A stretch of DNA of 64,000 nucleotides from Octopus vulgaris (lineage: Eukaryota): contig OX597825.1 of the NCBI GenBank assembly GCA_951406725.2, positions 34,658,001-34,722,000 of the forward strand, given 5' to 3'. A model generated the notes under the pieces. That model was not told where the DNA came from. It was given only the letters and a program-made list of their open reading frames with translations, and did no database searches. Shown one piece after another: positions 53,055 to 64,000 of the stretch. The stretch's first letter is position 1; each line of letters starts with the position of its first letter. The translations under genes were made by a program, and so were the position numbers.

Positions 53055-53147
53055 GTTGTCAGCAGACAGCAGTGTAACTTAATGGTAGAGTACTCAGCTG
53101 GTATCTGATGGGTATGGGTTCGTTTCCTGTGACTGTCTGCTGACAAC
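53055..53147 (+). other. tRNA-like sequence enclosed by a 15-bp perfect inverted repeat
   Basis: D arm actt-aatggta-gagt, anticodon arm tcag-ctggtat-ctga, T arm atggg-ttcgttt-cctgt. Flanks gttgtcagcagacag / ctgtctgctgacaac. Confidence 0.6.
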
Positions 53148-55252
53148 TTTTTCTGTCACAACAGCTTGTATACTTGCATTTACCCTCTTGTCTTTAAACC
53201 TCACTAATTTCTTTGCCACATTAACCTATTGCAATTAATGTGATTGTCACATACATACAATCAGTACATTGATGTATTCCAACATTTGCTTATTTTCTTA
53301 GTTTCTTTTTCTGCTTTTTTTTTTCATGGAATTTTCAACAAATGTCAGCTTAAAGATGTTCATGCTAACTATAAACTGCACTAATCTTGGAGGGACTGTG
53401 AAGACCATGAGTATAAACCATTCTTCCTGACTAAGCCATTAAAATTTTTGAATATTTCTTTTCCATATCTAAACACATTGTCCTACCTCACAGGGTTCTT
53501 TTTCTTTTACTGTATCTCCCAGCATACAAATGGACATAATTTATAGTGTAATCATTCAAACAGTGTCACTATGTTTCCAAATGTTGCTGTGTTTCACATG
53601 GAGTCTTTGATACTTCAAAGTTCTATAAGTCGACCTACCTTAATTTTAACAGCAAAGTTTGGCCTGGAAAAATTTGACTTATATGCCACAAAACACAGTA
53701 AACATTGGTTTATGAAGAAATTCTGGACACCATCTTTTACTCATTGTCTTCATGAAGTCATTTCCTTCTAATCTCACAACATCCACACCATGAATTTATA
53801 CTGATCTTGTCTCATTTACTGTCCACACTGATTTCTTGTAACTTGTTTTATCTTTACTGTTAATTCTGTTATGGGTTTCTGCATTTTGTGTCAGTAAAGA
53901 AATCGCTTTTGTATTTCAACCAAATATTTTGAATATTTTCATTGTTAAACCCATTATCATTATTCATGCATTTAAAGCAATGTTCTGGCAGAATCATTAG
54001 AATCTGGGAGCAAATGCTTAGTGGCATTTTGTCTGTCTTTATGTTCTGAGTTCTAATTCCACCAAGGTTGACTTTGCCTTTCATCCCTTTGGAGTCGATA
54101 AAATAAGTACCAGTTGAACACTGAGGTCAATGTAATTGACTTACCCACTCCTTGAATTTGCTGGGCCTTGTACCAAGAAACCATTATTATTCATACACAT
54201 TTGGCTACATTTTCTGACGTGTTGTAGTGCACCAAAACACTGTATACAATAAGTTCGTCATTATTATTATTTTTTTTTTTAAGTATTTTTCTGTTATTGG
54301 TCCTATATTATGTTTGTGTGTGTGTTTCTCTGCTTTTAACATCCAAGAGTGTTGTTATTTTTATTATTCCTTTCATCGTTTTGAGGTTGATAAAATGAGT
54401 CCCAGTTGAGCACTGGAGTCAACGTTATTGACTAGCTCCCATCCATCAAAATTTCAGGCCTTGTGCCTTTAGAAGAAAGGATTATTATTATTAGGAAGGG
54501 AGGCAAAATGACTGAATCTATTGAGCCACCATTAGTACATAGACGACTATCAGTGTTTTGTTACATAGTTATATCCCTTTACATTCTGAGTTTTAATTAT
54601 ACTGAGGGGAAATTTACTTTATATCATTCACAGGATCAATAAAATATACTATCAACAACAACTACAGTTGTTATAATCAATGATACTTTAACCCCAACAA
54701 ATTGCCCCAATGTCGGAAATTATTATTATTATTTCCCTTAGGAAAACCTAAGGGAAATAACTTTCAATTCATTTTTTTTTTTTAATGTTTTCCCCACCGA
54801 AAGCTGTAGAGTACCAGAGTGTGATTTGAAAGAGAGATTTGGTTGCTATTTCTAATAGGCTGAAGAAATGCATAGCGGTTTCCCTGTTGCTGTTGTTTTG
54901 GATCAACATTTTATTAAACTGATCGGTGGTCAGTGGTGTTCCAGTCATGACAACTCTTTTTTTGTTTTTGTTTTCTTGATTACATTTATCCAACATGTCC
55001 TTTTTAAGATGGTATGATGGTTTTGAGAGAGATTTGACTGTTATTATTAGTGTATTAAACGACCATGTAAAGGCTTCCTTGTTGACATGTGTTTGGCTGG
55101 GTTAAGTGTGTGCATGAAAATATATGCTTCTTCTCTATGCACAAATGTATGTATGTATGTGTTTTAAATAACAATTTAACTACAAAAATAATAATTGCAA
55201 AATATACAATAAATAAATAAAACAAGAGTTGAAAATACATATTTAATATAAC

Positions 55253-55380
55253 TTATTCTTATACAAGAACGTTGACAGCAAATTCGAAGTTTCAGCCAGT
55301 TAAACCATCATCAAATTGATAATGGCTTAACTGACCAAAACTTCAAAGGCCTTGTCAACAACATTTTTGAATAAGAATAA
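55253..55380. mobile_element. Palindromic double-hammerhead mini-element (copy 2)
   Basis: Homologous to 24084-24224. The left arm on minus reads uUGAUGA-UGGUUUAACUGGCU-GAAAC-UUCGAA. Confidence 0.6.
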
Positions 55381-56255
55381 TAAATTTACACTCTACAAAA
55401 ATATAGAGTAACCCATAATAGTATTTATTTTCTTATTCTAGCTAAAATAATTGAATGCATAAAGCCTTCAGCTTAATGAATTAACCATATAAATTATGAA
55501 ATATGAAAGAACAATCAATTACAATTATAACCTATATCATCCCACTAACACTGTTGCTCTAGTTTAACCCCAGATCAGCTCTGTTCAAGTAGACTAACAA
55601 TCAAAAGCATTCCAGCTATAACCAGCCCCATTTTTTACTCTCAGGTAATGCATCCAGGACCACACAATCTAATGTATCCCTTTTGTTAATGAGACAAGAG
55701 AGTGAAGTTTGGGGCATATTTGCCTGTTATTTCCGGTACATTGAGTAATTACATGAATGTTCCCTCAGCTCAGTAGAGGTACCTTCCACTTGTTAAGTAT
55801 TCCCAATATGTTAATCAACAACACTTCAATGGATACAATCTTCAGTATTTTTGGGGGTGGGTGGGGGTGCCCCTAGTTATTAAGGAATAGCTTGCTTAAT
55901 AAACAGATTGTCTAAGACATAAAACATACTCTGTCCCACTAGTTAACTTATACATTCTCTACAAACACTTTATGTCTATTGATAGTTACCTGTATTTCAT
56001 CAATGACCCCAAGCTGAATAATATTCTTCATGAGGTAACTAAAGAATGAGAAATGTTTAACTACTATTTTCGAGGCATTTTCCCTTCACTATTCTTATTT
56101 CTAACTTTCATCCACACATCTGTCAAGACACCTCTCCCTTTTTCTCTCTCTCTCTCAATAAATCATTTTCCAACAGGTGCTGTGGTGGCACTTATGTCAT
56201 GTGATATATTCAAATCTTTCACAAACAGCCACAAGAATCAATTGCATAAATGCTT

Positions 56256-56295
<40 letters not shown>

Positions 56296-56319
56296 GTACA
56301 TATATTTATATGTACATAC

Positions 56320-56362
<43 letters not shown>

Positions 56363-56401
56363 TTTGAATAATCTGTCACAAGAAAATTCATCTTTCTATT
56401 T

Positions 56402-56453
<52 letters not shown>

Positions 56454-57281
56454 TCATACATATATGCACACACTCATACATATATGCACACACACACATT
56501 TAGGATTAAAAGTTGGAAAAAAGTACTCTGTACCATGCTAGAGATTAATGATATTTTATTTTGGTCAAGTCAGCCTCTTATTAATATGAGTTTCATCTGT
56601 AGATACACAGGATCTTCAGGTATTTAACAATAAATTTAACAATAAAGTATATTATTTCCTAACAAATCAAATGTCCTGAATTTTCAAAACTGGCTTACAA
56701 AACTTTCGGTATAAAAACTAATCAATGTTATTCAGTGATTTATTAACACAGTCTTGGGAATCAAAGAATGAATTTGAGTGTGTTAAGATTGTTCCAAGAA
56801 ATATGTTTGTGTGTTAAAGAAATACATTTAACGATATTAAGAACAATTAAAGAAATCAGTTGCATAAATTGACGTTATTGAAAAACATACTTTTAAATAT
56901 CTTTCTTCTTCAATTTTTAATACATCAGATGAAGAGGAAGAGCTGTACCTGTGCTATTAAGAGTTGCTTAGACTGCTGAAAGATGGAAGGCAGATACGTT
57001 CAAAATGGAGGTCTGGTTCAAATGTTTGCAACAGTATATTTAGTCTACTATAGACTGTAAGGTGGTGGTGTTAAACTGAGTGACAGATAAAATCTAACCT
57101 CAACTTAAGGATATTCAAAGCAATACTTTTGAGACAATTATAATTATTTTAAGAAATCTATTTTACTAAATTAACATTATGCAAAGAAATACTTTTCAGT
57201 AAATTAAGATTATTCAAAGAAATGCATTTTGAGTAAATTAAAATTATTCAATCATTTGAATAAGTTGTTTCACAAAATTCC

Positions 57282-57328
<47 letters not shown>

Positions 57329-57940
57329 GTATGTATAATATGTATAAGTATTGTGTCAGCATTAACTCAGCCATGATGGCTAAGAGGAACCAAAGAATTT
57401 CAGAACAAATATATATATACATATATATATATATATATTAAATGTAACTCACATTTATTTTACCTGTATCTATTCCAATTTTCAGATAACATTAACTTCT
57501 TATAATTTTCATTTTGACTCATTTATGGTGACTATTTTTACTTTCTTCTTTTATTCTGAAAAATAGACATAAAAATTATATCTACTGCTGCTTTTTTTTT
57601 TTTGTATATCCTCGCCATCAAATCTACCTGAAATGTCGGATTTTTCTCTCATGACACACTAATCACTATCCATTTTTGTTTGTTTGTTTCTTTGTTTTAT
57701 CAATTTTGTATTGTTTACTGGCTTTGTTTTGATTTGTTGTTTTCCAGACATATGGCATTATTTCATGTATTTCACATTATACTGAAGAGTTTTCAAGGCT
57801 TTGACTTTCACTTTTGCTCGTTTTCATTTATTCATGAAAGGAGTTGTTGAATAGAGTGATTTATGATTAAAAATTCTCACATTCAGAAATGGCAGTGAAT
57901 AATGGAACTAAGTAAACATTTATCCTTCCCACCCATCAAC

Positions 57941-57994
<54 letters not shown>

Positions 57995-59151
57995 GATATA
58001 GATAGACAGACAGACAGATATATTTGTATATTTGTTACTTGAAACTGTTGATTTATTCTATCACTACTCATCACTGTCATAAGTGCAATTCTTTGTGTAG
58101 CAAAATATGAAGTATCATACATAATAAGAAACTCTGAGTAACATCAATGTGAATCAACAGCTCAAAATGAATAAACAAACTCTACTATATGTATTGCATA
58201 CTTTTACTATCTTCATGTGTGTATGAGTGTGTGTATATATATTTTGTTCCCTTTAGTAATTAAGCTTGGCAGCACCCTTTCTCTTTGTGGATCTCCCTTT
58301 CCTTTCCTTTTACTGTTCACTTTTCTACCTTATTGTGTTTTATTCTGTGTACAGTGTATGTACTTTTGGATTTTCTCTCCTTTTCTTGGCTGCTTTCTGT
58401 CCATTTTTTAACCTCTACCAGTGAGTTGTAGTCATTGGTATTAACTCATAGTTAATCTGTAGCAAGTGATTAAGCCTCTTCATCTTAATGGATGCAAAGG
58501 GACCCAGTGCCTAAGGTGGCTCTTCAGGCCAAGAGCAGTATAGAAGATTTGGGGAGGCATTTATCTTAGGAGATGGTTGGTGGGAGACAAGGAAATATGA
58601 GCCACTCTTTGCGTTTTTGACCTCTGACCTCTGCCTCTTGACATCTGTTAATTTCCATCTGGTTCATTCTCTTGATGATGACATGCTACCACTTTGTGTG
58701 ATCCTTGGTGATTGTCTCTCAGGTCTTTGGGTCAATGGAGCAGCAGAGGAGAGTGACCTTAAGCTGATCTCAGAAACGAATGAGTTATAGTGCATTGTCT
58801 ACCATAAGCTCATTATCATTAAGGTAGTGAGATGGTAGAATTGTTAGTACAGCTTTTCCACTGTCTTTATACTGTGGGTTCAAATTCCACTGAGGTAGAC
58901 TTCTCCTTTTATCCCTTTGGGATTGATTAAATAAGACCCAGTTAAGTACTGAGGATGACATAAGCAAAAAGACCTTTTCCCCAAGATTTCAGGTTTCGTA
59001 CCTATGATAGAAAGAATTATTATTTATTGATATAGGTTAACCAAGCTTGTTCACTTGACATTTTAGATATCATGAGAATTTTAGTTCAAATTTTTGATTT
59101 GGATTATCTAATCATTTCTCTTCTGTTTTCTGTTCCTTTCTTGAATTCAAG

Positions 59152-59260
59152 ATACACACACACACACACATATATACTCACAGATATACATATGCATATC
59201 TCTCTCTCTCTCTCTCTCTCAATATTAATATATATATATATATACACACATATATATAAG

Positions 59261-59350
<90 letters not shown>
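59152..59350. repeat. Compound (CA)/(CT)/(TA)n microsatellite (one of many)
   Basis: Directly visible. Similar tracts at 21763, 26278, 31688, 56238 and 57286. Confidence 0.95.
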
Positions 59351-59353
<3 letters not shown>

Positions 59354-59744
59354 TTTACTTGCCTCCTGTGTAATTATTTTGTTTGTAATGCTGTGACAAT
59401 ATGTTTTTAGCGAGCGAAGTCTGTGATGTGATTTCAATTCTGAATTGAAGCCGTTTTGCTTCACTTACATTAATAATCTTCTCTGAAGAGGCATGATGAT
59501 TACAACCTCTCATTCTCCCTCCCCATACATACTTATAATCATTAAAAAAAATCTCAGGCTTCATATCTTTGTATAAAAGTAAAAAGAAAAATCAAAAAAT
59601 ATTCTTGTTGTCATAGATGTTACACAAATTAAAAATAAAAAAAAAATAACAAGCACAAATGCTTCAATTTTTCTATTTCTCCAACCGAGTAAACCTGATG
59701 TTTCATGCCTGTTCAAAATGTTTTATCATTATTGTTGTTATTAT

Positions 59745-60393
59745 TAAGATGGGCAAGCCAGCAGAACTGCTTGCATGCCAGACAAAAATGCTTCATTTCT
59801 TACATTCTGAGACCAAATTCCACCGAGGTCAACTTTACCTTTCATCCTTTCAGGTATGATAAAATACATACCAGTTGAGCCCTGGGGGTTGATGCAATCA
59901 ATTCGACCCTTTAAACTTGAAAATTTCAAACTTTGTACCTATAGTAGAAATGATTATTATTGATATTTTTATTAGGGTAGCAAGGCTCATTGAACTGTAA
60001 GAGCATTGAGAAAATGCTTTGCATTATTTATTCCAGCACTTTACATTTTGAGTTTAAATCCTGTTGGTCAACTTTGCCTTTTATCTTTTTAAGGTCAAGT
60101 ACTGGGATTGAGGGTACTGACTAACCCCATCCCCCTCAGGATTGCTGACTTGAGCCTAAATTTGAAGCATTATTGTTATTATTATTAAGGTGGAGAGCTG
60201 GCAGAATTGTTAGCATGCCAGGGAAAATCCTTAGCCTGTCTTTATGTTCTGAGTTCAAATTCTACCAAGGTTGACTTCGCCGTTCATCCTTTTGAGGTCG
60301 ATAAATTAAGTACCAGTGAAACACTGGGGTCAATGTAATCAAGTAGTACCCCTACCCCAAAAATTTCAGGCCGTGTGCCTTTAGTAGAAAGGA

Positions 60394-60425
<32 letters not shown>

Positions 60426-61195
60426 TTCAGTATCATCTTATTGTTAATTTTGCAAAAGGCTGAGGTTGGTAGAAACAGAATACCAGGCAAAATGACATAT
60501 TGTATCAGGTTACATTTCTTTATATACTGTAAGTTCAAATCTCACCTGGGATGATGTTTGTCTTTCATCCTCTCAGGGTTTGATAAAATAAAGTACCAGT
60601 CAAGTACTGAGATGCAGTTGATCTAAGCAGCAATAGTCCTCCCTCCTCCACAGAATTGTCTGTCACCTTGTGTCTGTGTTAATCTTCATCATCATCTTCA
60701 TAATAATAACCATCATCATCATCATCCTTATTGTCATTACTTAATGGGAGGAGGGCAGCAGATTGACAGACTCACTAGAACATTAGGCAGGATACTGAGA
60801 GGTATTCGGTTATGTCTCTTTATATTCTGACTTCAAATCACACAGTATTGATAATGTAAGGTGCCTACATGGGTACTTGTGTAGATTTAAACGACTTTGC
60901 TCTCATCCTGACACTAAACTTTGTGAATGTGAAAAATTACTATTATTATCATTATTATTATTATTATTATTATTAAGGCGGCGAGCTGGCAGAACTGTTA
61001 GCATGCCAGGCAAAATGTTTAGCAGCATTTCGTTTGTCCTTACGTTCTGAGTTCAAATTCCATCGAGGTCGACTTTGCCTTTCATCCCTTTCGGGTCGAT
61101 AAATTAAGTACCAGTTAAACACTGGGGTCGATGTAATCGACACATCTCCTCCCCAACAAAATGGCTGCCCTTGTGGCAAAATTTTAAACCATTAT
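59745..61195 (+). mobile_element. Head-to-tail cluster of ~6 Meta-like SINEs separated by (att)n tails
   Basis: Copies start near 59751, 59976, 60189, 60458, 60754 and 60976, with differing decay. Confidence 0.75.
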
Positions 61196-62819
61196 TATGA
61201 TTAATATATGATTACTATTGATTTTTTGTTGCTATGAAATATTGTTAGGCATACATTTAAATGCTCACACATATATTTATATATTGCACAAGTAAATTGT
61301 GTGTGCATAACAAACGAAAATTTAGGGAAAAAAAATTAAAAAACAGAACTGGCATCGGTGTTGAACAATTCAATGTGTGCAATGCTTGTTTTCAATGAAA
61401 ACACAATTGATGGAATTTATGATTTTTGGGGCTTTGCTTTATAACAGATCTTTTCATATTGATTTGGAAAATAAATTTTAAAAATAATCAAAAGACAAAT
61501 ATATTTTCGACTTTTCTTTCTTGAATTTCATTTCAGGAGGTTTTTTTATTGTTTCTTTTTTGTTTCTTTAATTTCATTTTTGATGTATTTGATGTCATTT
61601 TTTCCTTTGTGAAATTAATGATACTTAAGCTAAAACAACATTACCAATTTCATCATCATCATTTTAATGTCCATTTTTCCATGCTTGCATGGGTCAGATA
61701 GTTTATCAAGATAGATTTTGTAAGGATAGATGTCCTTCCTGTTGCCAACCCCCACCTGTTACTAAGCAAAGTAATATTTCCTCATGGCCAGACATATTTT
61801 TGAAAAATATTGGAAATGAATGACACTGCTAAGATGATAGTGACAATAATTTACTACTATCGCACGATGTGAAGATAAGAAGACACAAACATATACACAT
61901 TCACATACATACATATACATGATAGGCTTCTCTCAGTTTCTGTCAGTCAAAACCATTCATAAGGCCATGATCAGTCAAGGGCTATAGTAGAAACCACTAA
62001 CCACATAGTGGGACTGAACCTGAAATCATGTGACTTAGAAGCAAACTTCTTAACCATACAGCCATGTCTATACTTAAAACATGTTCTTGAAATTTTGAAC
62101 AATATACGTATATGTGGCCGCAGGCTAAAACATTTTTAAGGATTTAAGGATATGTGTGTACACATAAGTATGTATATATGTACTAGCTTTGATAGAACAT
62201 ATGCTAAATATTGAATTGATATAGAGAAGATTATAAGTATTTCTGCATAAGGCGCAGGAGTGGCTGTGTGGTAAGTAGCTTGCTTACCAACGATAAGGTT
62301 CTGGGTTCAGTCCCACTTTGTGGCACCCTGGGAAGTGTCTTCTACTATAGCCTAGGGCCGACCAAAGCCTTGTGAATGGATTTGGTAGATAGAAACTGAA
62401 AGAAGCCCGTTGTAGTATATGTATATATATATGTGTGTGTTTGTCCCCCCCAACATGGTTTGACAACCGATGCTGGTGTGTTTACATCCCCGTAAAAAGA
62501 ATAAGTCCTAGGGTTGATTTGCTCGACTAAAGGCAGTGCTCTAGCATGCCCACAGTCAAATAACTGAAACAAGTAAGTAAAGAATGTAAGGATAATATAA
62601 ATTTGTAAATTATTCTACATTTCTTAGTAAGATGTAAGCTTTTATAGAGATCGATAAAATAAGTACCAGACTCCAAACTGGAGCAAGGCAGACAAATTGA
62701 CTACAGAGGTATTAAACTGAAAAGCCAAGTAGCAGAGACATGTTTAGCAAATCTAATAAGAGATAACAAACTTAATTAACATGTATTTGAGTCTGTATTA
62801 AGATGTGGGATCTCCAGTT

Positions 62820-63265
62820 CCCTCTTTTTCATGAGGCAATCACAAGAGAAAATTTTTAGGTTGAATAAGCCATTATACCTAGCATTAGCTGATTTGGAGA
62901 AGGCTTTGACAGATTTCTGCCTCTGATAGTCTGAAAGTCACTTAGAAAACTGGGGTTAGCGGAATGGTTTGTGAAAGCCATATGCTGGGATACTACCAGC
63001 AAATGAGAGTTAGCAACGAAATCTTTGAGGAATTTAAAGTACGAATGTGTCCATCAAGATTCAGTTCTCTTCCCACGTCTGATTATCAAAGTTCTCCAAG
63101 CTATGACAGGAGAGGTAAAGCCTACCTCTTCCAAGAGTTCCTATATGTTCACAGCCTAGAACACACAGCAAGACCGTCCAAAGAATTAGAACAAATGTTC
63201 CAAATATGCAAGTAGGATCTAGAATAGAGCTCTAAAGGTTAATTTTGTAAAGACGAATGTCATAT
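62820..63265 (+). mobile_element. RTE-clade reverse transcriptase remnant
   Basis: Frameshifted NKPLYLALADLEKA(FDR), SLRKLGLAEWFVKAI and VHQDSVL motifs. Confidence 0.75.
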
Positions 63266-63548
63266 TAACAGCACCATCATTGTTTTAACGTCCACTTTTC
63301 CATGCTTCTATGGGAAAGACAGAATTTGTTGAGGTGGATTTTCTACAGCCAGATACCCTTCCTATCATCATCAACTCTCACCTGTTTCTTAGCAAGATAT
63401 TTTCCCATGACCAGACATGTTTTCATGGAAGATTGGAAAGGAATGACACTACTTACATGACAGTGATACTCACTTCCAACTGTCATCTAAAGACAAGGCA
63501 AAGAGAATACGTGCAGGCATTGCTGTGTAGTAAAAAGTTTGCTTTTAA

Positions 63549-63781
63549 GGCAGCGAGCTGACAGAAACGTTAGCATGCCGGGCAAAATGCTTAGTGGTAT
63601 TTCATGTGCCATTACGCTCTGAGTTCAAATTCCGCCAAGGTCAACTTTGCCTTTCATCCTTTCGGGGTTGATAAAGTAAGTACCAGTTACACACTGGGGT
63701 CGATGTAATTGACTTAATCCCTTTTGTCTGTCCTTGTTTGTCCCCTCTATGTTTAGCCCCTTGTGGGCAATAAAGAAATAA
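63549..63781 (+). mobile_element. Meta-like SINE nested in the head of a CORE-type SINE
   Basis: The host head starts ~63512 and resumes at 63782, with aagtttgctt duplicated on both sides. Confidence 0.8.
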
Positions 63782-64000
63782 GAAGTTTGCTTCTCAATCA
63801 CATGGCTCCAGGTTCAGTCCCACTGCATGGCACTGCACCTTGAGCAGGTGTCTTTTACTATAGTCTTGGGTTGACCAAAGCCTTGTGAATGAATTTGGTA
63901 GATGGAAACTGAAAGAAGCTCATTATGTGTATATGTGTGTGTCTTTATGTCTGTGTTTATCCCCCAACACCACTTGACAACTGGTGTTGATGTGTTTACG

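Noticed and set aside
56053-59464. ORFs rich in IYIY/THTH/VCVC
   Set aside because: Translations of (TA)n and (CA)n microsatellites. The same applies to most 60-125 aa ORFs in the track.
59481-59560. CTGAAGA plus stem II-like hairpin next to (TA)n
   Set aside because: No GAAA or stem III. At best half a motif.

Overview
AT-rich animal genomic DNA, dense in microsatellites and SINEs. The SINE families and (TA)n/(CA)n content suggest an octopus/coleoid cephalopod (inference). One spliced protein-coding gene lies on +: CDS 19600-19888, a 27-nt microexon 25709-25735 and 36789-37897. It gives a 474-aa protein with an N-terminal CARD, a disordered middle with a Cys/polybasic patch and a C-terminal TRADD-N-like domain, with candidate 5'UTR exons upstream. 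An intronless, disabled C10orf53/UPF0728 retrocopy sits antisense in an intron. The most striking unannotated signal is a set of type I hammerhead ribozyme motifs, one with a fully canonical core (20977-21087, minus) and about six decayed. Most lie in Penelope-like fragments or long fold-back inverted repeats next to (TA)n tracts. One fold-back has ~250-bp arms with a hammerhead in each arm, and a ~135-bp palindromic double-hammerhead mini-element occurs twice. The rest is tRNA-derived SINEs, piggyBac-type MITEs and RTE/CR1/Penelope remnants. Most short ORFs in the supplied track are repeat noise. All structures were read by eye and no searches were run.
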